NCBI GenBank assembly: GCA_965204735.1
Contig: OZ242008.1
Location: 2,048,001 to 2,112,000 of the forward strand
Reading direction: 5' to 3'
Source: Longimicrobiales bacterium
GTDB lineage: Bacteria; Gemmatimonadota; Gemmatimonadetes; Longimicrobiales; Gaopeijiaceae
Length of the DNA stretch: 64,000 bases
A program made the position numbers and the translations under genes. Within the stretch, counting starts at the first letter, position 1. Each line of letters begins with the position of its first letter. This document shows, one piece after another, positions 42,144 through 51,138 of the stretch. Under the pieces are notes generated by a model. That model was not told the DNA's origin. It saw only the letters and a list, made by a program, of their open reading frames with translations, and did no database searches.

Positions 42144-43394
42144 ATGGCGAAACTGACGTTCGAACGGCTCCGCGACGCCGTGGCCGGAAACGCCGTGGCC
42201 CTGCGGTCGCGGCTGACTCTGCAACCGGCTGGCGGCGACGGCGACAAGGTCTTCCCGCCCTCGTACGCCGTGGACGGGCGCGCCGACCACAAGTATGCGG
42301 TCGAAGACCGCCAAGTCGGGGACGCGAACGAAGCCACCACTACCGTTCTGCTGGATTCCGTCGCGTCCCAGGCGAATCGCGCCGAGCTGGCCCTGCTTGC
42401 GGGATGGGAAGACCGCGAACTCAGCTTTCCTGTTCCGTACGTCGACTTCTCCGAAGACGGTGGCGTGACGGACTACGACAAGCTCACGGTGCTGGAGGCA
42501 CCCCATAGGCTCGCCGACGCCATCTTTCGCGACAGCCTACTGGACGGCACGCTGTTCCGCCTGTCCGACATCGGGCGTGCCATTACCGACGCCAGTCCGC
42601 GCAATGCCACTGACCTCTACCGGTACTCGCCCACAGCCCTGCTGTTCGGTCAGTGGGACTCGACAGGTCCGAAGGGTGGGCTCGGCGCCAAGTTTCAGCG
42701 TGCGTACGTCTCCGAGATCGTGGGCTTCGACGCTTCGGTCGGCAAGAAGGTCGGCAGCCGGATCGACCCACTTCAGATCGAGAAGGTCGCGGCGGACGAC
42801 CGCGTGTTCAACAGCAAGGACCCAGCCGAAGTCTGGACGCACGACCCTGGTTCTGCCGAGACCAAGAAAGGGAAGCCGGTCCCTGCTTCCAGGGGCAGCG
42901 AGAGCGGGCAAGCTGGCCAGCCCTCCAAGATCAACCACGGCAACGTCGCCCCGACCATCGACGCAGCAGCAGGCGGCGTGACCATCTCCAGTGCGTTGCA
43001 GACTGCGGTGATTTCGCTTGCAGCACTGCGAAAGCTTCGGTTCAAGGGGCATGATCGAGACACTCGGACCGCAGCATGCACGGCCGTCGCAGCCTTGGGA
43101 GTCGCGGCGATCGCGTACCAGCACGAGATGGACTTCGATCTGCGCTCCCGTTGTCTACTTCTTCCCACGCACCCGCCACGCCTGGAGTTGCTGGGCCGGG
43201 ACGGCTCGACTCACGAGCAAGTGGAGGTGGACCGCGAGAGCGCTGCGCGGATCCTCAAGGAAGCCGCCCTCCACGCCAAGCAGATGGGAATCGGCTGGGA
43301 GACTGCCGAGATTCGGCTGATGCCGGCACCAAAGCTAATCGAGCTGATCCGCAGGAGCCGCAAGGTCGCGGCCACCAAACAGCCGGGCGAATAG
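42144..43394 (+). CDS. csb1: Type I-G Cas7 (Csb1), module 2
   Basis: LQPAGGDGDKVFPPSY, LLDSVASQANRAE, APHRLADA, LFGQWDS, DLRSRCLL. Confidence 0.93.
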   Translation: MAKLTFERLRDAVAGNAVALRSRLTLQPAGGDGDKVFPPSYAVDGRADHKYAVEDRQVGDANEATTTVLLDSVASQANRAELALLAGWEDRELSFPVPYVDFSEDGGVTDYDKLTVLEAPHRLADAIFRDSLLDGTLFRLSDIGRAITDASPRNATDLYRYSPTALLFGQWDSTGPKGGLGAKFQRAYVSEIVGFDASVGKKVGSRIDPLQIEKVAADDRVFNSKDPAEVWTHDPGSAETKKGKPVPASRGSESGQAGQPSKINHGNVAPTIDAAAGGVTISSALQTAVISLAALRKLRFKGHDRDTRTAACTAVAALGVAAIAYQHEMDFDLRSRCLLLPTHPPRLELLGRDGSTHEQVEVDRESAARILKEAALHAKQMGIGWETAEIRLMPAPKLIELIRRSRKVAATKQPGE

Positions 43395-43404
43395 CAGCCC
43401 AGGA

Positions 43405-45126
43405 ATGGAGGCAAGTGGCTTCGGTATTGAGGTCAACTTCCTGACGGGTCGATATGTGGCCACGTCGCACGATGACCGCCGTCGGCCGGAGTGGCCTCCT
43501 CATCCGGCGCGCCTTTTCTCGGCTCTTGTGGCGACATGGGCCGATTCGGACGAACCCCGTCAGGACGAGAGACGTGTCCTAGAGTGGCTGGAAGCCCTGG
43601 GGCCGCCAGCGATCGCAGCCAACTTGGAAGTCGTTCCGCGGAAAGTTGTGTCGCACTTCGTACCGGTGAACGACACGGCCATCGTGGGCAGGAAGTGGCA
43701 ACAACGACAGGCCGAACGGATCCGTCAGACGACGAGGAGGCTTGACGAGGCACTGACCGCGTCCGATGGCGAAACGACCCGGAACGTAGAGCGGATGCGG
43801 AGGGAGCTCGCGAAGCTAAGAGACGTTGGCTCGCAAGTTTCGGATCCAGGGAACACCAACGTTGAAATGGCCCAACAACTATTTCCAGAGGGTCGACAGA
43901 AACGAGAACGGCACTTTCCTTCGATGACGGTTTGTGTTCCCGTGGCGGGCGACTCAGGCACCACGTCTCCTCGCGTCACGTTCACATGGGATCGCGACCT
44001 AACCGAAGAAGCGCGCGAGGTTCTTGATGGGCTGGCGGCGCGGTTGACTCGCTTGGGGCACTCCTCGTCCCTGGTATCGTGTCGAGTCGTGCGAGCTGTT
44101 CCCGATGCGAATCTGCTACCTTCTCCGACCGGCACCAACAACCTTCGCCATGTTCAGCGCGGCCAGCTTGCCGAACTTGAGCGCCGGTTTGCTAGTCACC
44201 AGGGCATCTTGCCGAGAGCGCTCCCTTACGTGGAAGTCCGGTACAGTGAAGCACAGCCTCGTGCTTCTACTACGGCCGAAGACGAGCCCAACACAGCGGG
44301 CGACTGGCTCGTATTCGAGTTCCTTCACGGCTCGCGCGCCTTTCCCGCCATGCGAACGGTCGAGGTCGCTACGGCCCTGCGGTCTGCGATATTCCGCTTC
44401 GCGGACGAGCCCATTCCCGAGGGACTCAGCGGCCACACGCCCGATGGACGTCCAACGTCAGAACCTCACGTTGCTTTTCTGCCTCTTCCGTTCGCTGGCC
44501 GGGCTCACGGTGACGGGCGGCTACTGGGGGTTGCCGTGTCGGTACCCAACGGCGTGAACCAAGCTACCCGCCACTCCTTGTATCGGGCCGTAGGGAAGTG
44601 GGAGCGCCAAGCCCGCGGCCGAGACCTCAAGTTGGTCTTCGGTCGTCAGGATGAAATTGGGTTGAGGAGGTTGCGGGGGCGTGGTTTGGCCACCCTGGGT
44701 CGCCATAGTTGGCGTGGCCCCAGTAGGCACTGGGCTTCGGTCACGCCGATTGCTCTGCCGCGACACCCCGGGAGACTTCGCGGCGGCACGTCATCGGCCC
44801 GGGCCAGAGCGTGGCTGGCCGCTGAGACTTCCGTTCGGGCGGCGGTCATGCATGTGGGTCTGCCGGAACCGTCGGGTGCGCAAGTCAGTCTCGCGCCATT
44901 CGTCACGGGCGTTCGAGCGACTCACGCATTTCCGCCCTTTCGTCAACCGGGCAAGGACCGGATGCCCGTGCGGCGGCAACTCGTGCACGCGGCGATCACC
45001 TTTGATCACGAAGTCCTCGGACCGCTGATGCTAGGTGCTGGCCGGTTTGTGGGACTGGGACTCATGTATCCGGTTAGAAGGCATGAAGCTGGAGGTGCCG
45101 GTCGGGACGGTGGCGATGAACAATAA
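43405..45126 (+). CDS. csb2: Type I-G Csb2 (Cas5-Cas6 fusion), module 2
   Basis: GRYVAT, EWPPHPARLFSALVA, LGHSSSLV, C-terminal GAGRFVGLGL. Confidence 0.93.
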   Translation: MEASGFGIEVNFLTGRYVATSHDDRRRPEWPPHPARLFSALVATWADSDEPRQDERRVLEWLEALGPPAIAANLEVVPRKVVSHFVPVNDTAIVGRKWQQRQAERIRQTTRRLDEALTASDGETTRNVERMRRELAKLRDVGSQVSDPGNTNVEMAQQLFPEGRQKRERHFPSMTVCVPVAGDSGTTSPRVTFTWDRDLTEEAREVLDGLAARLTRLGHSSSLVSCRVVRAVPDANLLPSPTGTNNLRHVQRGQLAELERRFASHQGILPRALPYVEVRYSEAQPRASTTAEDEPNTAGDWLVFEFLHGSRAFPAMRTVEVATALRSAIFRFADEPIPEGLSGHTPDGRPTSEPHVAFLPLPFAGRAHGDGRLLGVAVSVPNGVNQATRHSLYRAVGKWERQARGRDLKLVFGRQDEIGLRRLRGRGLATLGRHSWRGPSRHWASVTPIALPRHPGRLRGGTSSARARAWLAAETSVRAAVMHVGLPEPSGAQVSLAPFVTGVRATHAFPPFRQPGKDRMPVRRQLVHAAITFDHEVLGPLMLGAGRFVGLGLMYPVRRHEAGGAGRDGGDEQ

Positions 45127-47884
45127 GCCGTTGACAGCCGACCATTTTCCGGAGTTCTTCCGCCAACTCCACTGCCAAGAACCGTTTCCGTGGCAGAGAC
45201 GACTGACGGAACAGGTGCTTCGGGACGGCCACTGGCCCGCGGTGATAGACCTTCCCACCGGAACCGGAAAGACAGCAGTCCTAGACACGGCTGTTTTTAC
45301 TCTCGCCGCAAGGCCGGAGACATTCCCCCGGCGCGTCGTCTTTGTTATCGACCGCCGAATCGTGGTCGACCAGGTCTGCGAACGTGCGTTGCATATCGCC
45401 AAAGAGTTGAAGGTCGCTGATGCACCCCTCTTGGGGTCTGTAGGCAGGCGACTACGGGCACTGAGTGACGGGGGCAATGCCCTGGGCGTGGCTGCGTTGC
45501 GGGGTGGCATCCCCATCGACAACGCTTGGATTCGCCGACCCGATGAGCCGTGGGTACTGGTGTCGACCGTAGACCAGTTCGGGTCACGACTGCTGTTTCG
45601 CGGGTACGGCGCAGTGAGTCCACGAATGCGCCCAATACACGCTGGATTAGCGGGAAACGACTGCTTGGTAATACTGGACGAGGTACACCTGAGCGTCCCC
45701 TTCGCGGAAACCCTCGGCCAAGTACGCGCATTTGAGCCCGAGAACGAGCTTCCGAGACGTTTCGCCGTTGTCGAGATGTCTGCCACGCCGAGTAGGGCCG
45801 ACGCCCGTCGATTCCAGCTAGATCCGATGGATGACCTAGAAGAATGCGCGGAGCTCGGCCGACGGGTTCGGACAAAGAAGGAAGCTGCGCTCATCGATGT
45901 CCAGAACCACAAGGTGATGCCCGCCCGAATTGTGAGAGAGGTGAAGTCGATGGCAACCTCCAAAACGGACTCCGGTGCGTCAAGTATCGGCATCGTCGTC
46001 AACCGCGTTCGGACAGCACGCGAGACCTTTGTTGCGCTCAAGGACGCGGGCTACGTTGCCTATTTGATTACCGGACGGATGCGGCCACTTGACCGGATCA
46101 AGGCCCTGAAGGAGATCGCACCCGCTGTCGATCCTAGCCGCGACCATGGTCCAGGGGAGACCACCGTAGTAGTCGCGACGCAGGCCATTGAAGTCGGTGC
46201 CGACTTCAGCTTCGACGCTCTCATTACCGAGTGCGCGGCAGTTGATAGCTTACGGCAGCGGTTCGGCCGTCTAGACCGACGCGGCACCTACTCCCAGCGG
46301 ACCGGTCACGCCGCGCCAGCGGTGATTCTGGGGCCGAAATCTGTCGTTGCGGCAGAGAAGCCCGACCCAATCTACGGCGAGTCTACGAAGGTCACCTGGG
46401 AAGAGCTGGGTAATCGTGTTCGTGACGATCGTGTAGACGTCAGCCCCCTGGCCTTGGCCGACTTTCCGAAAGGAGCGACCGCGCCAAAAGACAAAGCACC
46501 TCTTCTTCTTCAGACGCATATGGACGCTTGGATTCAGACGAATCCCGAGCCCCTAGTGCAACCAAGGGTCGATTGGTTTCTTCATGGCATGGAATCCGCC
46601 GTCTCGCCGGAAGTGTCGATCGTATGGCGGAAGGACATGTCAACAGAAGTGCTACGGCTAGTTCCGCCACGTCAGTTGGAATATCTTCAGGTTCCACTAG
46701 GTGCCGCTAGGGCTTGGTTACGGGGAGAAGACGAGGCCGACATCAGTGACGTCCCATCGTCGTTCCCGGACGACGGCGGCGTCTCGTATGGGTCAAGTGC
46801 CCGGAGGTGCATTCGCTGGAAGGGGATGGACACCGACTTTACTCCCGTATCGGCCGACGGCCTTCGGCCGGGAGACGTCTTAGTTGTCGAGGCCACAGAA
46901 GGAGGCATACGGGCGGGCACCTGGGACCCAGAGTGCAAAGAGGATGTGCCCGACCTTGGCGACGAGGCACAGATTGCGCACCGTCGGCGGGCAACGTTAC
47001 GACTAGAACCTGACCTCATCTCCCGCCTGGCACCTGACTGGCCATCCCCACCCAGACCTAGCGACGAGGTTGAGGCTGTTGATCCACGACGCGACCGGAT
47101 CGACAAGTGGCTCAGGAGGCTGCGGCGAAAGTCAGATGCCGAGTCCGGTGTTTCGATCGCGACCGCGCTGGGAGAAAGATATGCGATCGATTCGGTCGGC
47201 ACTGGGGATGACGCCTACTACATTCTGTCACAGCTACGCGTGGACGACGGGACTATGGACGGTTCCGACGAGTCCAACTCTATGCAAGGCAGCGGAGCTT
47301 CGTTGCGGTCCCACCTGGAAGGCGTTGCCCGGCGAGCGGGTGGATTTGCAGAAGCGCTTGGATTGCCTCTCGAACTTGTGGAGGACCTTCGCCTGGCCGG
47401 ACAGCTTCACGATATTGGTAAAGTGGACTCTCGGTTTCAGGAACAGCTGGTGGGTGGCGATCCTGTCGAGTTGGCAATGCTTGAAGAACCGTTGGCCAAG
47501 TCGCGACCCGGAACAAGACGTGTCCGTCGGTACCCAACCGGAATGCGGCACGAGGTTGCAAGCTTGGCCATGGTCCAGTCAGACCAAGCGGTGCTGGACC
47601 AAGCTCATGACCCCGAGCTTGTTCTTCACCTCATTGGCACTCATCACGGCTACGGGCGTCCTCTGCTGCCAATACAAGAGGATATCCCGCCGCAGTTGCT
47701 ACAACACACGTGGCGTGAGCACGTGTTGACAGCCGAGTCCAATTGGGTCGACACGTCGCTTGCTTCCGATATGGCGGACCGCTTCTGGCGCTTGGTCAAG
47801 AGGTACGGCTACTACGGCTTGACTTGGTTGGAGACGATTCTTCGCCTTGCCGACCATCGAGAGAGCGAGGCCGCATCAAGATGA
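45116..47884 (+). CDS. cas3: Type I-G Cas3 with C-terminal HD domain (module 2)
   Basis: PFPWQ, LPTGTGKT, DRRIVVDQ, DEVH, QRFGRLDR, C-terminal HDIGK, RHEVAS, THHG. Confidence 0.94.
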   Translation: MNNKPLTADHFPEFFRQLHCQEPFPWQRRLTEQVLRDGHWPAVIDLPTGTGKTAVLDTAVFTLAARPETFPRRVVFVIDRRIVVDQVCERALHIAKELKVADAPLLGSVGRRLRALSDGGNALGVAALRGGIPIDNAWIRRPDEPWVLVSTVDQFGSRLLFRGYGAVSPRMRPIHAGLAGNDCLVILDEVHLSVPFAETLGQVRAFEPENELPRRFAVVEMSATPSRADARRFQLDPMDDLEECAELGRRVRTKKEAALIDVQNHKVMPARIVREVKSMATSKTDSGASSIGIVVNRVRTARETFVALKDAGYVAYLITGRMRPLDRIKALKEIAPAVDPSRDHGPGETTVVVATQAIEVGADFSFDALITECAAVDSLRQRFGRLDRRGTYSQRTGHAAPAVILGPKSVVAAEKPDPIYGESTKVTWEELGNRVRDDRVDVSPLALADFPKGATAPKDKAPLLLQTHMDAWIQTNPEPLVQPRVDWFLHGMESAVSPEVSIVWRKDMSTEVLRLVPPRQLEYLQVPLGAARAWLRGEDEADISDVPSSFPDDGGVSYGSSARRCIRWKGMDTDFTPVSADGLRPGDVLVVEATEGGIRAGTWDPECKEDVPDLGDEAQIAHRRRATLRLEPDLISRLAPDWPSPPRPSDEVEAVDPRRDRIDKWLRRLRRKSDAESGVSIATALGERYAIDSVGTGDDAYYILSQLRVDDGTMDGSDESNSMQGSGASLRSHLEGVARRAGGFAEALGLPLELVEDLRLAGQLHDIGKVDSRFQEQLVGGDPVELAMLEEPLAKSRPGTRRVRRYPTGMRHEVASLAMVQSDQAVLDQAHDPELVLHLIGTHHGYGRPLLPIQEDIPPQLLQHTWREHVLTAESNWVDTSLASDMADRFWRLVKRYGYYGLTWLETILRLADHRESEAASR

Positions 47885-48846
47885 TGACCGACGGAATTCG
47901 GCTGGACGGCTTGGAGGGAACAAATCCCCTCGGGCACCTTGCGGCTCTAGGCATACAGGTTGTATTTGCCTGTGACGAAAGATCACCTTGCCTGTGGTGG
48001 ACCGACGACGTCACGCCCCGGGCAGTGGTCGATGCCGACTTTGGTATAGATCGGATCGCGGAACGAGCAATGCAAGTATGTCGGGAGTGGCAGCACAGCA
48101 AAGCCATGAACCCGACAAGGAACGACGGTACATCGATGCCAAAGGCAGATTCGTTGAAGCTATCTCCCGATGATTTGCGTGAGTACCTAGGCCAGTGTCA
48201 AGATCATGCGAGACCACAGTTCCCACCAGCCGTAGTCGCAGAAGGCAGTGTCGATCGCGGTGGGGCAGCGAAACCATCGGACCTGTACTTTGCCGCAGGT
48301 CAAGTGGTCTTCTTGAGGGAAGCTCGCAAAATTCTAGGACACGTCACCCAAGATGATGTGGTTGCCGATCTTCGGGGGCCGTGGGCGTATCACAGCAAGC
48401 TTCCGTCCATGGGATGGGACATAGTGGACGACCGGGTCTATGCACTTCGGCCGGACGATCCATCGAAGGAAAAGAAGCAGACCAATCCCGGTGCTGAGGC
48501 ACTTGCGATACTGGGGATGAGCCTCTATCCAGTGTTTGCCGATCGTAAAGCCGGCCGGGATCGGACGTTGACGCAGAGCTGCTCTGGCGACTGGAAACGA
48601 GGCCTATTCTCGTGGCCACTGTGGACGAGGCCGATGTCGCTCAATTCGGTACGATCAGTGCTTGCACAGATAGGGACGGACGCTGCCGGCGAGCAGAGAG
48701 GGGCAAGCTGGTTACGCTCGTGCTCTGTGCGTCAGGTCCTTACGTCCACGATCCGACGGTCTTCTCATGGAGGGTATGGTTCCTTTGGTCCCCCGAGAGT
48801 AACTTGGACCAATCCGTCCAACCCTGTTGGCTGGGACATGGCATGA
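47881..48846 (+). CDS. csb3: Type I-G Csb3-type large subunit (short Cas8u/Cas8g)
   Basis: LDGLEGTNPLGHLAALG, FAAGQ, NPGAEALAILG, FSWPLW; follows cas3 in csb1-csb2-cas3-csb3 order. Confidence 0.75.
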   Translation: MMTDGIRLDGLEGTNPLGHLAALGIQVVFACDERSPCLWWTDDVTPRAVVDADFGIDRIAERAMQVCREWQHSKAMNPTRNDGTSMPKADSLKLSPDDLREYLGQCQDHARPQFPPAVVAEGSVDRGGAAKPSDLYFAAGQVVFLREARKILGHVTQDDVVADLRGPWAYHSKLPSMGWDIVDDRVYALRPDDPSKEKKQTNPGAEALAILGMSLYPVFADRKAGRDRTLTQSCSGDWKRGLFSWPLWTRPMSLNSVRSVLAQIGTDAAGEQRGASWLRSCSVRQVLTSTIRRSSHGGYGSFGPPRVTWTNPSNPVGWDMA

Positions 48847-48989
48847 GTCCCCAGAGCCCCACGGGAGCGCAGTCCCGGAGCCGATAGGAAACCGGAGGCA
48901 ACCGCCATGGGGTAAGCCAGAACGACCAGCTCACTCTTCCCCTTCCCCCTCCTCCGGCGGACCACGGCCTTCCTCTGACGCCGGCCCGG

Positions 48990-50621
48990 ATGGTCAACGA
49001 ATGGACCTACTGCCCGCGCTTGGCGTACCTGGAGTGGGTCGAGGGCGAGTGGGCGGACAGCGCGGACACCGCCCAGGGGAAGAGGGCACACGCGCTCGTG
49101 GACAAGGGCGGCGGCAAGTTGCCCGCGCCGGACCAGCTGGACGAGGACAGAGCCAAGGCTCGCTCGGTCATGATGTCGTCGGACCGGCTTGGGGTCATCG
49201 CCAAGATGGACGTGGTGGAGGCGTCGGACGGAGTGGCCGTGCCCGTGGACTTCAAGAAGGGCAAGCGACCGCACGTGGCGGCCGGCGCCTACGACCCGGA
49301 ACGGGTCCAGATTTGCGTGCAGGGCATGATCCTGGAGGACAACGGGTACCGTGTCGAGGAGGGGGCACTCTGGTACGTCGGGTCGAGGGAGAGGGTGCGG
49401 ATCGAGCTGGACGACGAGCTGCGGCGCATGACGCTGGACGCGATCGCGGGGCTTCGGCTGGCCGCGTCGGCTCGCCGACGTCCCCCGCCCCTGGAGAACA
49501 GCCGGAAGTGTCCGCGGTGCTCGCTGGCGGGGATATGCCTGCCGGACGAGACCAACATGTTCCGCAAGGGATACCCCCCGCGCCCGCTGAACCCGGCGGA
49601 CGACCCGGCCCTTCCCCTGCACGTGCAGGCGCCGGGGTCCAAGGTTCGCAAGCGAGGGGACTCGTTGCTGGTGGAGACGGAGGACGGCGTGCTTGAAGTG
49701 CCGATGATTCATGTCTCGCAGGTGTCCGTCTACGGACCGGTCTCGGTGACCACACCGGCCCTGCACGCGTTGATGCGGGCGGAGATTCCGGTGTCGTGGT
49801 TCTCGACGGGCAGCTGGTTCCTCGGGCACACGGTCGGCACTGGCCATGGGAACGTGGACGTTCGGCAGGCGCAGTACAGGACCGCGTTCGACTCAAGACG
49901 GAGCCTGGAGTTCGCCCGCTCCCTGGTGGCGGCAAAGGTTCGCAACTCTCGCACGATGCTGCGCCGCAACTGGCGACCGGAGCGCGGATCGGAAGACAAG
50001 ACGGACGCGCTGACGGGGTTGAAGCGGATCGCCCGGAAGGCGCAGTTCGCCAAGGACGTGCCCGAGCTGCTGGGGATGGAGGGAGAGGCGGCGGCCGTCT
50101 ACTTCGCCCACTTCGGGCGGATGATGGCGGAGGCGAAGTCCGGCCAGCTGGCGTTCTCCTTCGAGACGCGGAACCGTCGTCCTCCGACGGACCCCGTGAA
50201 CGCTTGCCTTTCGCTGGCCTACGCCGTGCTGACGCGGGTCTTTGCGGTCGCGCTGTCCACTGTCGGCCTCGATCCGTACCTCGGGATGTACCACCGGCCT
50301 CGGCACGGTCGGCCGGCCCTGGCGCTGGACCTCATGGAGCCGTTTCGGCCCATCGTGGCCGATTCGTGCGTCATTCAAGTCATCAACAACGGCGAGGTGA
50401 GCCTTGCGGACTTCGTGTTCAACGGTCCGGCCTGCTCCCTCAAGCCCGGCGGCCGAAGGACGTTCCTGAAGGCGTTCGAGCGGCGCATGGACCAGGAGAC
50501 CACGCATCCAGTCTTTGGGTACAGGGTGTCCATGCGGCGCATGATTGAAGTGCAGGCGCGGCTCTTGGCGCGACACTTTCAAGGCGAGGTGTCGCCCTAT
50601 CCGCACTTCCTGCCGAGGTAG
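48990..50621 (+). CDS. cas4-cas1: Cas4-Cas1 fusion
   Basis: YCPRL, KMDVVE...PVDFKKG, CPRCSL..IC Fe-S motif, LGMEGEAA, NRRPPTDPVNA, LALDLMEPFR; the true 5' end probably lies upstream (see findings). Confidence 0.95.
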   Translation: MVNEWTYCPRLAYLEWVEGEWADSADTAQGKRAHALVDKGGGKLPAPDQLDEDRAKARSVMMSSDRLGVIAKMDVVEASDGVAVPVDFKKGKRPHVAAGAYDPERVQICVQGMILEDNGYRVEEGALWYVGSRERVRIELDDELRRMTLDAIAGLRLAASARRRPPPLENSRKCPRCSLAGICLPDETNMFRKGYPPRPLNPADDPALPLHVQAPGSKVRKRGDSLLVETEDGVLEVPMIHVSQVSVYGPVSVTTPALHALMRAEIPVSWFSTGSWFLGHTVGTGHGNVDVRQAQYRTAFDSRRSLEFARSLVAAKVRNSRTMLRRNWRPERGSEDKTDALTGLKRIARKAQFAKDVPELLGMEGEAAAVYFAHFGRMMAEAKSGQLAFSFETRNRRPPTDPVNACLSLAYAVLTRVFAVALSTVGLDPYLGMYHRPRHGRPALALDLMEPFRPIVADSCVIQVINNGEVSLADFVFNGPACSLKPGGRRTFLKAFERRMDQETTHPVFGYRVSMRRMIEVQARLLARHFQGEVSPYPHFLPR

Positions 50622-50626
50622 TCGCG

Positions 50627-50920
50627 ATGGCAAAGGAACGTCTGTACGTGGTCGCGTACGACATCGCCGACCCCAAGAGGTGGCAGCGAGTCTTCTCGGC
50701 GATGAAGGGCTACGGGTACTGGTTGCAGTTGTCCGTCTTCCAGTGCAGACTAACGGGACGGCGACGGGCCGAGATGGCGACTCGGCTGAACGACATGATC
50801 GATTCGTCCGAGGACCACGTTCTGATCCTTGACATGGGACCGGCGGACAAGGTGGAACCGCTGGTCGAAAGCATGGGAAGGACCTACGAGGCTCCAAAGC
50901 GGCAGGCGACCGTTGTGTAG
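50627..50920 (+). CDS. cas2: Cas2
   Basis: YVVAYDIADPKR...LQLSVF. Confidence 0.95.
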   Translation: MAKERLYVVAYDIADPKRWQRVFSAMKGYGYWLQLSVFQCRLTGRRRAEMATRLNDMIDSSEDHVLILDMGPADKVEPLVESMGRTYEAPKRQATVV

Positions 50921-51138
50921 GCCGCGTCGCTGTCTGCCGTTGCCTGCGCGACCGCTCGGGCGCGGACGAAACGACCGACAGCGGTCGCAAACGCCGCCTC
51001 GCGTGTGGTTCCGCAGCCGTTTCTTGACAACACAGGTGTCCGGGCCGTACTGTCCGGTGCCCGCGGGGGCAAGCCGACCAGGGCCGCTCGCAAACGGGGC
51101 TGGAAGTTCTTGTCCTGGAAGGACTTGCGGGTAGGTGT
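50921..51138 (+). promoter_or_regulatory. Leader of the type I-G array
   Basis: Non-coding gap between cas2 and repeat 1; contains TTGACA. Confidence 0.6.
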
